A stretch of DNA of 64,000 nt, taken from assembly GCA_951406725.2 (NCBI GenBank), contig OX597820.1:93186001-93250000 (forward strand), in the 5' to 3' direction. The translations under genes were made by a program, and so were the position numbers. The notes beneath the pieces were generated by a model. That model saw nothing but the letters and a program-made list of their open reading frames with translations, ran no database searches and was not told the DNA's origin. The stretch comes from Octopus vulgaris (taxonomy: Eukaryota). This document shows, one piece after another, positions 26,093-39,604 of the stretch (its first letter is position 1; each line of letters begins with the position of its first letter).

Positions 26093-27913
26093 ATACACAC
26101 ACACACATATATAAACACGTGCGATCGTACTTGTTTGTGCGTGTATCTGTGTGTGTTTGCGTGTCAGTTGTCTCTCTGTCTGTCTCAATGTCTGTCTCTC
26201 TGCCCGTCTGTCTGTCTGTCTCTCTGTCTGTGTGCGCGGGGGTGAAGGTGTGTGCAGTACCAAATAAAAATTTATTAATTAAATTCGGCGCCAGTAAAAT
26301 GCAGTTATCTCCCATGAATTTGATTCATTTTTCTCTCCCTTGATATTCCACAGTTGCCTCCCTTATTTTAATAAATGATAATTCTGAAGGCCTTTGAAGA
26401 ATATTGAAATTGTATAATTGCATTACCAGTTTAAATTTTCAGGATTATGTTTCGAGTTTACTCTATGGATTTCATTTTCAATTACCACAGTAGTTGTGAA
26501 TTGTGGCATGTTTGCATAATTTCTCCACAATCAACTAATTAATGTTGATTCCGGAGCAATACAAAGAATTGTCGTTATCACCGTACAAAAATTTATCATC
26601 ACCTGATTTTGAAGCCTGTTTTATAGGTCAACCAACACGCGAAACTCTCAGCCCTTGAGTCACTTTGTAATTTGTTCCGAAAATTAATCATAAGCATGTG
26701 GGGTGGGGGTTATATGTCTGCTCACTCTTGGTGCTACTGGTGACTTATTATTCAGTATAACTTGTTTGGTCAGGCTGTTGGCAACTAAACCGGTAATCCT
26801 ACTTGGCAAGGTGGGTGTTTCTTTGTCTAACAGCCTGCAGGATGAATAACAAAAATTGTCAAAGGTCAAGATGAACTCAGAGTCAACGGTCGTCCAACAG
26901 CTGGGAGTGAGAAACCCTCTTGTCTTTGTATATTCTATACGAAAGAGAATACTGAAAAAGCTTGAGCTATAAAAGTATGTACGTAGTTGTATGAATTGCG
27001 GTTTTTTAAGATCTGATATATTACGTCTTCTGTTAAATGAATTCAGGATGGATAATAATAAACAAATCCAAAGACAAGTTGCAATTGACTGCAAAGAAAT
27101 ATTTATTACTATTGCTATAATTTGATACAGCAAACTAGTAAAACATTAATAATTGTCAATACATTGTATAGTTTTAAATGCTCATATGAATTAAGGTAGG
27201 AAGGTTAGAGAAACCTGAAATACAGCATCACAAAAATTCTGCCTACGATTCTATTCAAGTATTGTTAAGATGGGAAGCATAATGTCAAAGATTCTGATTC
27301 GAATTTTGTTGAAGCTGAAAACTGCAAAGTGTAAACAAACTGTTCTCACATGAAGGTGTCAGATCGCTCGTAGCAAAACTCTCCTCTCTCTGGTGACATA
27401 GAGGGAACCAGTGGGACAAAACTTCCCATATAGCAGATGAACAGATGCTAGGCTAGTCTATCACATTAAAGGGGTCGACGGTTCAAGCAAAACTAATTAG
27501 ATCCGACCATCACGTGGTGAGCCATAAGGGCTAGTTAAAAGTAAATAAATAAAAAATCACAAAGCGGGCAGCTAAAGTTCAAAAGCAATTATACTTCTGC
27601 TACAGAACAAAGGGAATACTGAAAAACAACCGCTTCACTGCAAAACCGGACATCTTTATTTCCTAGTTTCTAGATTACTTAGCTTTGTAGGTGAGAGATT
27701 TAGCGGTGTTATACAAGTTGTTATTCACTTCAAATTTCATCTCGAGTGTTGATGACAGCCGTCGTCTTTAATATCTAGGATAATTTGTCAGTGATGTTCA
27801 TAATCGTTTACGAATTGACCGTATACATGTATGTATGTATGTATGTATGTATGTATGTACGTACGTACGTACGTATGTATGCATGCATGCATGCATGCAC
27901 GCAGGTATGTATG

Positions 27914-28601
27914 TGTAACGGATTTATTTGATTAGTTACTCAATATTATGATATGTTGTGGTCAGCAGATGCAACGACAAAAAGTTGTTATAATTGCATG
28001 TTGTAAGGTGTGAATGATGAACAATGCATGAAGTTTTAGGGAAATATTTATTTACCGTTATGTTACAATACCTTGCCTCGACGGGCAGGTCATGATAAAT
28101 CCAAAAGCATGCGAAGTAAAGTTTGTGTTTTGTGTCCTCTTCATTGTTTAGTAGTAAATACAGAGAGAGATAGAATGATGTTGTAAGAGAACAGAATTAG
28201 AGCTAGAGAGAATTGTGGGGTGTTGTCTCACAGTTGCTTTCTCCTCTGACCAAGGTTGGTCAGCCAGACCTTGTTGAGTCGTCACCGACTGGTGACTAGC
28301 TGATTATTGTTTGGGGTGTGCTTGCTTTTATAACAATCCAGAAGGATAGACATACCATTGAAAACAATAGATTTAGTTGGTGGTCTTGTTATCTCTATTC
28401 TATCTTTTGGTGAAGTAGAAGAGGTTAGAAAGGGTCAAGTGGTGAAGGCATTATTTCGGCCTAGCTAAAGGCATCTGGAAGATGTAAAACTGCTGTCAGA
28501 GAAAAACCATTGTTCCATCATGGGAAAAGTTCTGTTGCAGTGTTAATTTAAATTTGGGTATGGTGGATCGAATCCACTTCATGCATGCAAGATTCACTAC
28601 G
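27914..28601 (-). mobile_element. Probable solo LTR inserted in (TATG)n
   Basis: Minus strand reads (C)GTAGTG...GTTACA with TATAAAAG at ~28326 followed by AATAAA at ~28047; TSD uninformative inside the microsatellite. Confidence 0.5.
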
Positions 28602-28884
28602 TATGTATGTATGTATGTATGTCATTGTTTGGTTTTATTTCAAGATTTCTTGCCAATAGAAAAGGAGCCGGCAATTTAGCTTGAAATGGTACATTAATGT
28701 GCCAAATTTTAAAATTTTCGATAAACTTCAATTTTTGAAATGCTGGCAACCAAACGAACTAGATCCGTATTTGCTCCAGTAAAGATGTGTAATCTGACTC
28801 TGCGCTATTGACTTCTCTTTGAAAATACCATACTGCTTTTCTGTCGCCGTCTGTAGATATTCGTTTTCACATTTTCACTTTACT

Positions 28885-30011
28885 GATGCCTCCAGCCAAG
28901 AAAATTTGTCGACAGTACAGTAGTGATTATTTATCATTTGGATTTATTCCCTCAAAACTGTCAGTTACCAATGTGCCTTCTTTGCCATCAAACATTGACC
29001 AATAAAGCAATGAAACCTTCACGCTTGAAGTATCACTTTGATGCAAAGCATTCTGACAAGAAGGACAAGCCGTTATCATACTTTTTGCAACTGAGCTCCT
29101 CTTTCAAAAAGCAAATACAAACATTCAACATGCTACTCCAGGAAACTAGTAAACAGGAAAATGATGGCTGATTGCATCGTACAACATTGCATTGCTTGTT
29201 GCTAAGTCCGGGAAGTCTCACACAATTGGAGAAACATTACTTCGCCCAGTTATCAAAGAGGCTTTGTCAACCGTATGTACGAAAAACCTGATAACATTAT
29301 GAAGAAGATCTACTTAGTAACAGTACAATTTCTCGACGCATCAATGAAATGGCCAACAATGCTCATTAATATTCTCCAACGTTTAGAATTTCTATACAAG
29401 TGGATGAGTCAACTGTTGTGGACAATCAATATTTGATGATGGTGTAGTGATGCCTGTTTCCAGACGTCATTATGGGATTTTCATCCACGCATGCGCAAGG
29501 ATTAGTCTTCCGGAAGTCCCTTATGCGCATGCGCAGTCATAAGCAGCAGCAGCTAGGCTTGACCGCTATTCTTTCTCTTTTGCTCCTGCCGCCAACGGAG
29601 CTAGACGCAACCAGAAAGCTCCGTGTGAAGGCGAAAACGACTTAGGCGAATCTGTGAAGAATGCCTTCACAATTGTGATTCAACCGACTCTGCTGCTTCC
29701 AGCCTCCATCCACCCACCCACCCCGCCCGGCGTCCAGGCTACCGATGTTCAGAGATGAAATGCTTATTTCGGCGAAAATAAATTATTATTGTTATTCGTT
29801 CGGAGATTCGTGTTCCCGCCATTTTCCTTTCTACAACTATAGTGTGAGTCAAATGATACATGGGGAGGTTTTCCTAGGGGATTTTGTGCTGGGCGTGGGG
29901 GGCTATGTCTCTGTTTTTTTTTTGTTTTTTTTTACACAGTTGTGCAATGGAGCATTTTTTTGGCCAATAGGTGGATATTACAATTTGGCATGAAAAGTTC
30001 GGGAAACACTG
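28885..30011 (+). mobile_element. hAT Charlie/Buster transposon relic
   Basis: KKICRQYSSDYLSFGFIP, MCLLCHQTLTNKAMKPSRLKYHF, ASYNIALLVAKSGKSHTIGETL, EFSIQVDEST; right TIR AAGTTCGGGAAACACTG followed by CCCTAGAG (Buster-type target site). Confidence 0.88.
29443..29743 (+). mobile_element. Probable ~300-bp solo LTR inserted into the hAT relic
   Basis: TGTAG...CTAC(C) termini; near-TSD GATGG/GATGT; interrupts the transposase right after LMM. Confidence 0.55.
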
Positions 30012-30852
30012 CCCTAGAGTCTCTTTGGAACACCCTCTGTTTCTGTCGCTTGTATACGCAGTCGTACCCTTTTGATCATTTCCCAACTTTTATGATCGTG
30101 CGGATAGGCATGAAATCCAAACCGAAGACAGTAGTTTTTTGGGTTTTTTTTAGCCAACCTATCTTCTTCCAAGGATTAAAAGCTGGATCTGGTGCGTTAC
30201 TGTTCCAGCATCTGTAATTCTAGCATCCAAATCAGCCTCCTGCTTTCCATCACAAGAAAATAAAGCCTTGAGATACTTAAACTTTTCCACTTGTTTCAGT
30301 GATGCTCAACATGCAGAGTGCACTAAAAGAGACTTTCTTTCTTTGTAACGCTAACTTTCATCCCTTTTTTGCTTTGAACCCATTCACTGCATGCTGGAGA
30401 ACACCTTCTAATAAGCCAAATAGTGCCATGTTGTCTGCAAATATCAGCCAACCGACCCTAGACCCAATATCGTTTTTGTATTTAGCTTAACGCACCACCA
30501 CCCGCCCACCCTTATGTATGTATGTATCATTATCATCACCACTTAGCACCCCCTATTCCTTCCTGGCATGGGTTGGGCAGGTCAACAGACTGGTCGAGCC
30601 AGAGGGTTACACTAGATTCTATGTCTACTTTGGCATAGTTTCTGCATCTGGATGTCCTTCCTAACACCATTCAATCAACAGTGTAGTGGATGTCTTTCAT
30701 GTGGCACCAGCACCAATGAGGTCGCTAAGTACCTCTCAAGACCCCTCAACTAAATGTGTGTGTGTGTGTGTGTGTGTGTGCATGTGCAAACTTAGTATAA
30801 ATAGCTTTCATGCCATTGCAAAGTCCTGGTTTGAATCAATGATAATGCTTAA

Positions 30853-31057
30853 CCCTTTCGTTACTGTATTTATTTTAAGATGCTCTGTGTTTCTTTCAAT
30901 TACTTTAGATATAACTAAGAATTTAGTAAAATAACTTAGTTATCATTAAGCTAGAGTTAGGAACATTAATTGTGACTAAGGTTTGGTGGGAGATTTTAAT
31001 TCAAAACAAGATATTTGTACTACAGAGCCAGTTTCAGCCAGGTTGGTAACAAAAGGA
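30853..31057 (-). mobile_element. piggyBac-like MITE family 1
   Basis: TTAA flanks; CCCTTTCGTTAC TIR; inverted copy of 57306-57525. Confidence 0.85.
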
Positions 31058-31329
31058 TTAAGGGACTTTTTATGATCTTTTCTTTATCATTAGAAACCAG
31101 AGGTCACCATTTTCAGGTGCATGAACATATTGTCCTAAACAGAGTATTTAGGATTCTTAATATATATAAAGCAATTCAAAAGGTTTCCTGCCTGCCCCCA
31201 CTTTTTTTTTGTCTTGAGTGAATGAAAGATAATGGTGTGATCATCGAATATTATGTAAAAACTGTTAGCTCTGGCGATGATGCTTCACTTGCAAATACCA
31301 TATCATCATCATAAAACATTTAACATCCA

Positions 31330-31713
31330 GGTACAGGAGTAGCTGTGTGGTAAGTAGCTTGCTTACCAACCACACGGTTCCGGGTTCAGTCCCACTGCAT
31401 GGCACCTTGCGCAAGTGTCTTCTACTATAGCTTCGGGCTGACCAAAGCCTTGTGAGTGGATTTGGTAAACGGAAACTGAAAGAAGCCCCTCGTATATATG
31501 TATATATATATATGTGTGTGTGTGTGTATATATGTTTGTCCCCCCAACATCGCTTGACAACCGATGCTGGTGAGTTTAAGTCAGCTGTTCGGCAAAAGAG
31601 ACTGGTAGATAAGTACTAGGCTTACAAAGGATAAGTCCTGGGGTCGATTTGTTTGACTAAAGGCGGTGCTTCAGCATGGCCACAGTCAAATGACTGAAAC
31701 AAGTAAAAGAGTA
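31330..31713 (+). mobile_element. SINE family A inserted into an RTE 3'-end repeat
   Basis: Full head and tail; flanking halves rejoin as (CAT)n TTTAACATCCATT.TCCATG.TGGCATGGGTTGG. Confidence 0.88.
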
Positions 31714-32609
31714 TCCATTCTCCATGTTGGCATGGGTTGGACAGCTTGACAAGAACTGGCAAGGGCAGGGGTTGCATCAGGCTTCAGTCTGTTTTAGTTT
31801 GCTTTCCACAGCTGGATGCCTTTCTGAATGTCAGCCACCATACAGACTAAACTGAGAGTTTTTTGTTTTTTTTACGTGGCACCATCACTAGTGCTTTTGC
31901 ATGGCCCCAGCACCCACACCAATGCTTTTTACCAGCCACCGTGGTTTTAAGACCTCAATTTAGTTGTGATGAGCAGGTCTTAGTGGAAATAAATCTATTC
32001 TGCCTCATGGAAGAGACATAAACACATACATACACATAAGAATGATACTATTTCAATAATGAAAATATCATATAGATTTTATTTATTAACAGATATCAAA
32101 TAGCTTGTATATCCACCCACCCCAAAGAAAAGGTAAAAAAGACTATTCAAATTTGATAATTAAAAGACGTTATTATAACCTCAAATTTGGAAATCGTCAG
32201 CATAACATTTTTGCATTTTTATTGGTAGTTTAGAGAGAATCCTATTTTAACCTTGCTTGTTTTTTGTAGCATTTTTTGTACATTTATTCCACTGTCTTTT
32301 GGAAACATTTTTCTTGGACTGTGATGAAGATAAACACAAATATGCAGAGCATTTGATCACACTTTGCTGTGACTGCTAAAATTACGTCAAATATGTGTGC
32401 GTGTGTACCTGCACATTCATGTATATGAGTATCTATGTATACGTATCAACATATACATATGTGCAGACATCTACAAGCAAGTGTATGCATGAATTAATAA
32501 GCACACATGTATAGGTATGCATACACACACACATTCATGTGTGTATATATCTATCAATATACATATATATATATGCGTGTTTGGGTGTGTGTATAAATAT
32601 TCACAGATT

Positions 32610-32650
<41 letters not shown>

Positions 32651-33387
32651 TTGTGTGTGAGTATACTTATATATATATATATACTCACACACACATATAT
32701 ACATGTATATATATATGGAAGTATATTTGCTTTTTCATTTAAATGGCCCTTTTTTTCTATGCAAGCAAGACTTACACGGGGAAATATATTGAAGTAGGAT
32801 TTTTACACCCAGACACTCTTTGTGATGCCAATTTTTATCTGTTTTTACAAATAACGGAATATATTTCTGTATGTCTATTTGTATGTATGCATACACTACC
32901 ACACATATATGAGTATGTCTTAGTGTGTATGTGTGCATACACATATGCATACTTCTATACTATACATACTTCTATATTATCTATATATATATATATATAT
33001 AATACAAATAAGAAAATGGACACATACATATACATTATTCTGTAATATATATATATATATATACATACATGCATACTTCTATAATATATACATAGATACA
33101 CACACACATATACATACATACTTCTATAATATCCATATATATATATATATATATACACACACATACATGTCTATAATATATATATATATACACACATACA
33201 TACATCTATATATATATATATACACACATACACATATACATACATACTTCTATAATATATATACATATAGAGAGAGGGAAAACAATAAGAAAACGGAGGG
33301 GGTCAATAGGCAGTTCATCAACATTATGTCAACTTATTTATTTATTTATTTACTAAAATGACAATTACAAGAATATATATATATATA

Positions 33388-33629
33388 TAAACACTAAAGT
33401 CAGTCAATACATCAAAGTGGCTGTTGAATGTTACTATTAGTTTAACCCCAGGCAGACCCTCTGCACGCTTTATAAACAGTATATTGTCAACAGGGGGAGC
33501 TGGCAATATATTGTACATAAAGGGTTCAGAGTGGCATACTGATAACCAGGTGGAGGAGAATCTGCCTGGGGTTAAACTAATAGTAATATTCAACAGCCAC
33601 TTTGAGGTGGCGACTGACTTTACTGTTTA
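33388..33629. repeat. Element with ~70-bp inverted arms inside a complex microsatellite
   Basis: AAACA.TAAAGTCAGTC..TCAAAGTGGCTGTTGAAT.TTACTATTAGTTTAACCCCAGGCAGA on both strands. Confidence 0.8.
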
Positions 33630-33982
33630 GTACAGTTATTACTTTATCTCTTCTTGAGATTTTACAACTAGCTATTTTGCTTATATACATACTTCTATAA
33701 TATATATATGTATATATATACATATGTATATATACATACTTCTATAATATATATATGTAAAGAAGAACTTAAAATGTCAATAGAAAAAAAATATATACAT
33801 ACAAAGACACACACACATATATATACATATGTATATATATATGTATATATATATATATATGTATATATATATACTTCTATAATATATACATGCATATATA
33901 TATACTTCTATAATATATATATGCATATATATATATGTATATACATACTTCTATAATATATATATATGTATATACTTATATA

Positions 33983-34018
<36 letters not shown>

Positions 34019-34619
34019 CACACGTCTATAATATATAGACAAATATATATATATAATATATACATCTACACACACACACACTAATATATATATATATATG
34101 GGCATATACAGACATATAAAAAATATAATAAATATATGTGTATGTAAGCATACATATATATATATATATAATGTATGGGTATGCATACATGCATACATAC
34201 ATAATCTAGGAAGAGAGAGAACGAAAGAACATTAGTCAGAGAAAGAGAAAGTGGGATGATTGAGCAAGTGCCATAAAACAACAGAGGGAGCACTCAACAT
34301 TTAAAAATCAATTCAAATATTTTAATAATTACAGTATGAATTCAGTGGGAACATTACTCTATGCTTCAGAAAAACTCCAGTAAAAATTCAAACTGAATTG
34401 GATCAAATCTATACTACTGCTGGCTCTAAAATCATCAGGCTTATCTCAAGTGCATCAGAACAACTCCATTTATGAAAGGAGTTTAAATAGATTCACACCA
34501 GTTGTAAACTGGAGGAAAGAAATGGGGTTTTTTTCTCCACTATGCAAATGGTGTCAATCGAAACTAAAGCCATTTCCTTTATGTGTGTGAAGTTGTAGCA
34601 ATTGGCCAGGATATATCTG

Positions 34620-34845
34620 TTTCTTTATTACCCACAAAGGGCTAAACATAGTGGGGACAAACAAGGACAGACAAACGGATTAAGTCGATTACATCGACCC
34701 CAGTGCTTAACTGGTACTTAATTTATCGACCCCGAAAGGATGAAAGGCAAAGTCGACCTCGGCGTGATTTGAACTCTGAACGTAACGGCAGACGAAATAC
34801 GGCTACGCATTTCGCCCAGCGTGCTAACGTTTCTGCCAGCTCGCC
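34620..34845 (-). mobile_element. SINE family B, near full length
   Basis: Head GGCGAGCTGGCAGAAACGTTAGCACG; flanking repeat GATATATCTG. Confidence 0.9.
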
Positions 34846-36804
34846 AAGATATATCTGAATGTCAGGATATATCTGAATGTCATGTAGATTTGATCCTGTT
34901 TAATATAGATTTTTGTTGAAGTTTATCTGGAATACAGAACAATGTATTTTGAGTGATTCTATACTGTAATTATAAAAATAAAATAACATATGTACATACA
35001 CCATAACAGTTTGACTCAGGTCCACATGCCTTGAGAGTTTCATAGATGCATAGGATACATCCATGTCATCAATTGCTAGGATCAGTGTGGGGTTTGGAGA
35101 GTAACTCAAGTTGTCTTCTGGGTGTTTAGGCCTCTGTTGGTCAGCATAGGTCATGTAGTATTAATGTTGCTGGAGCTACACCAGCTATTTTCTCAATTTT
35201 TAGACCTGCATGATCAGACAAGATGTTGGCAGGACGCTGGCACCACATTAGCGTCAGGCCATGACAGAATATTCAGCAACACCAGTTATTTATGCAGCAA
35301 GTATCTCACAGATTAGGTTGGATTTGGCATGAGCAAGTAATTCAGTTTTCATTCAGTAGAGTATGAACACAGTGACAACACTCTTTACATGAAGTGACCT
35401 AATCTGATGGTTTGGGATTAAAATTGAGGTTGCATGGCCACTATTTAACCTGTGCTCCATGTTGGCATGAGTTGGGCGGTTTCATCCAATGAGCTACAGT
35501 GTCTGCTTTTTACAGCTAGATGCCCTTCATGAGACCAAACACTTTGAAGCTGTCTAGCAAAGTGCCATCCAACTGAAATAGAGTGCTGGGATTTGTGGAA
35601 TATTCACTCTGCTAAGCTCTGACAGGATTTAGAGTTACTGGTGCGGCAATTCCATCATTGAAGCTACAGAGAAAGTTATGAGGTGGTTTGGGATAAAAAG
35701 AGCAGACCAGTGGTAGTTTGTTGCTAATGGAATGCAGACTAGGACTTGATCCGCCCCAGCAGAGTCAACTGAGCAAGAAAAGGGTTCTAATTTTCGAGGG
35801 TTTGTTGGTCGGTGGGCGCCAACATCCCTCTCATCCACATCATTTTGTTTCATTTCATCTCATCTTGTCCATGTCCAGCCCACAAGCTTCTCTTTGTAAG
35901 GCCTATATGGCCAAGTTAATGAAATAAAGAAAAGGGTTCTGATTTGAAAACTTCCAGAAACATCATTGATGATGCATTTCAGAGCATCTGTGAGATAAGT
36001 CAAAACCAAAACATAAAAGTTTCTCACACACACACACACACACGCATGTATACACATAGACAGACATGTAGGCATGGTGATACATACAGGAAAAATAGGA
36101 CTCAAAATATGAGAATATTTTTATTAATATTTATCAGATTGAAAAAAGTGACACAAGAGCCGAGCATTTTGAGCGTTGGAACTTATCAAAAAATTGATAA
36201 GTGCCAATGAATGAAACTCTTGGTCCTTGAGCCACTCTGTTGCTCCCTCAAAATATTAAAAAGAATACACACACATGTATTGAAGGCATCCATGAGGCCA
36301 TAAATCTGCACTTGGAAGGTCTTGATTTGGTCTTGTCGGCAGAGCAGTGTCAGTTGTCACTACAGAGATCCACACATGAATAAGTGTCTCAGATGATGCA
36401 GTGACTGCATCTGAACGCAGTGTACCGGTGCTGTTTTTCAGTCAATTCTGATTTCTCTTCATCAACATGTTTCAGTCTCTCGTCTCATCTTTTTAAAAGC
36501 CTCTGTCTAGTTCCAGTTTCCACTGAGAGCAAAACATCAGCCATGTCTTCCCATCTTTCAACATTCATCTAAAGAGACTTCATATAAAGTTTACAACAGA
36601 CCACCAGTAACATTAACTTTGCATCATTTTCTTCTGTATTAATTACCTTTACATATATCAATATATATAATTTATATCAACCTACCCCTTTCTCTGTATG
36701 TGTACATATGTACATACATACATACATACATACATGTTTGGTGATGCAAACAAGAAAATAACTTCTACCAATTATTAATAAAAACAATGTGTGTATGTAT
36801 GTAT

Positions 36805-36861
<57 letters not shown>

Positions 36862-36900
36862 GTATGTATATAAAATTTAAGTCTAAATAAAATCTATATC

Positions 36901-36939
<39 letters not shown>

Positions 36940-37268
36940 TGAAATGAGAAACAAACTATACACTGCAAACACAACTTCAAATTAGACAACAAAAAAAGGA
37001 AAAAATGATAGTAAACAAAAAAATAGTTCATTTGAGGTCAAATTAAAAAAATGAATAATAATTTAAAGAATAAGATTACAAGATGTAATGGGTGGGGGGA
37101 AATGTCAATTTTTGTTTGCTTTGTTTTTTTGTGAGATTTTTTTTTTGTTTTGTTTGTTTTTTTAGTTTAGAATAAGTTATTATGAACTAGAGAACCAAAA
37201 TAAAATGACTATAATAACACCATCTGGGAACATCTGATGGTACAAAGTCTGGTTTCACTGCAGTATGA

Positions 37269-37451
37269 CTACAGCAAAATATCTGATGCCATATGGATGA
37301 TGGTATTGTAAAATGTCTGATGAAGTACTGCTGTCATACAGACATGTAATGTCTGATGAAGAACTGCAGTTACACCAACATTAAATGTCTGATCAGTGAT
37401 TTCAATGACATCACTGTATAAAGTCTTGTCAGTGACTGCACTCAGTTCAAA
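37269..37451 (-). repeat. Degenerate 36-nt tandem repeat at the start of the UXS1 3' UTR
   Basis: About 4 units, e.g. AATGTCTGATGAAGTACTGC at 37312, AATGTCTGATGAAGAACTGC at 37348, AATGTCTGATCAGTG at 37384. Confidence 0.75.
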
Positions 37452-37454
37452 TTA

Positions 37455-37559
37455 TCACACAAGATCTGGTGGGTGAAAATTACGTTGACTATGCTGAGAG
37501 CGACTGAGTTCATTGCGAAAGTATTCAATAGTACGGTTAATTCCAGCAATCATTGCAAT
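37455..37559 (-). CDS. UXS1: UXS1 last coding exon (IAMIAGINRTIEYFRNELSRSQHSQRNFHPPDLV*)
   Basis: tttcAG acceptor; resembles the GLNKAIHYFRKEL C-terminal helix; ends TGA, followed by TAA. Confidence 0.92.
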   Translation of the reverse strand: MAMIAGINRTIEYFRNELSRSQHSQRNFHPPDLV

Positions 37560-37659
37560 CTGAAATGAGAAAATTAAAATAACTTTTATTATCTAGAAAA
37601 AAGAAAAAAAAATTTAATAAATTATTATTTCACTCATAAAGCAAATTATTGTATCTGTT

Positions 37660-38055
37660 GTCTTTTAGTTGTTCCAGTCATTAGACTACGGTCATGCTGG
37701 AGCAATGCCTCAAAGAACTTTAGTCAAGCTAATCAACTCCAGGACTTATTTTCTTTTCAAAGCATAGCACCTATTCTATCCATCTATTTTGCCAAACCAC
37801 TAAGTTACAGGGATGTAAACACACCAACAGCAGTTGTCAAGCAATGGTGGGGGACAAACACAGACACAAAGACAAACACACAGATTATATATATGTACAA
37901 CAGGCTTCTTTTAGTTTCCATCTACCAAATCCACTCACAAGGCTTTGGTCGGCCTGACCCACAGTAGAAGACACTTGTCCAAGGTGCCACGCAGTGGGAC
38001 TGAACATGGAATTATGTGGTTAGAAAGCAAACTTCTAACCACACAGCCATGCCTG
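37660..38055 (-). mobile_element. SINE family A, older copy with CpG decay
   Basis: Reverse complement of the family A body and tail. Confidence 0.85.
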
Positions 38056-38149
38056 CATCTATATTTACTAATTCAAATTAGAAACTATAAAACTATATTC
38101 TTGGGTTTATTGCAGTGCCCACCTTCAAGAGTTTAGTTGGTTATATTAA

Positions 38150-38360
38150 CCCTTTAGCATTCAGATAAGTCTGCCAAATGAAACAGTTATTCATTCACAT
38201 TGTTTTGAATTAATCCAGCATTATCCTGTAGCTTACGGAGTTTGTTGATGCATCTGTTCAGTTTTAGAATGACATTGTAGTGTAAGTGTAAAAAGCTGGA
38301 TCTGGCCAGTTTGAACATAAACTAGGTTAACTAGTTATGACTGGTTTAAATGTTAATGGG
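38150..38360 (+). mobile_element. piggyBac-like MITE family 2
   Basis: TTAA|CCCTTTAGCATT...AATGTTAATGGG|TTAA; further copies at 46748, 50941 and 53757. Confidence 0.85.
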
Positions 38361-38969
38361 TTAACCCTCAGTAGTTGCTCTACAAATCTTCAGGAGAATG
38401 AAAAGCATAGTCAGCTTAAGAGGGATTGGAAATCAGGGCACAAAAGAGCAATTAGAAGATACAACAAAATATTTTGTCCAATGCTCTGCCAACTACTGCC
38501 TCATTAGAAGAAAAAGCAGACAACCTTATTATCATACGGTACATCAAGGATATATGATAAATATCCATTTATACCCTGTACTATTACAATATATAGAATC
38601 AACTGCTTTCATTCTCAACCCCTTTTCTATCAGAAGATATCCATCAACGAGTGACTAGTTATTGTAACCTCATGCAGTAAAAGCAAATGGGAATTGTGAT
38701 ATCTATGCCTTTTCAAAGAACATTAACTAAAGTAATAGATACAGACACACATGCAGGAGGAAATGTGCCAGAGGTGGATACAAACTCAGTATTCTAAAAC
38801 AGCTTATATGATATTTTTGAATTATTGTTGGTATCCTTTGGACAAATTAATCCAGTAACTATGAAATTAAATTTCGTGATTATTCTTGTAATCATGGTGT
38901 TAATTATCCACTGAAACATAAAATTGGTATTTTCTGCAAGTCATGTTACCTCATAACAAATTTGATATA

Positions 38970-39390
38970 CATCATCATCATCATTTAACATCTGTTATCC
39001 ATGGGTTGGACGGTTTGACTGGGCTGGCACGCTGGAAGGCTGTGCCAGGATCCAGTCTGGTTTGGCATAGTTTTCTACGGCTGGATGCCCTTCCTAATGC
39101 CAACCACTCTGAGAGTGTAATGGGTGCTTTTACATAATACCAGTATCCGCCACGACTGTGATTTTGCTGGATTTGATGGATCTTCTTCTCAAGCATGACA
39201 TAATGCCAAAGATCTTGGACATAGCCTCTGTGAAGCCCAACACTCAAATGGAGCATGGCCACATTGCTTCCATTAGGCCCAATGCTCAAAAGGAACTCAG
39301 CCACCTCGCTTTCATGAGGCCCATTTGAAAGGAACTCAGTTACCTCACCTCCATGAGGCCCAACACTTGGAAGGAACTCAGCCACCTCAA
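38970..39390 (-). mobile_element. RTE LINE 3'-end repeat with (GAT)n tail
   Basis: (CAT)n TTTAAC..CATGGGTTGGACGG..CTGGATGCCCTTCCTAATGCCAACCAC. Confidence 0.8.
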
Positions 39391-39604
39391 TAAAATATAG
39401 TTTCAAACATGACATTCCACAAAACATAGATTACTTTATAAAGCAGGTTTTCATAGTTAAGGGCAATAAAATTTTGAGTGGATATATCAAATTTGCACGA
39501 CAACAGGATTAAAACGTGTCTCCATCCCTTGAAATTTCAAACTTCGTGCCTATAATAGAAAGGGTTATTATTATTATTGAGAGAGTAAATATTAGAGTTC
39601 TTAC

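Noticed and set aside
28885-29440. Domesticated ZBED5/SCAND3-like gene
   Set aside because: Multiple frameshifts, an insertion, truncation and a retained TIR indicate a dead transposon
37310-37400. C/D-box snoRNA or hammerhead suggested by repeated CTGATGA
   Set aside because: The motifs are units of a 36-nt tandem repeat, antisense to the host transcript, with no GAAA core partner or terminal stem
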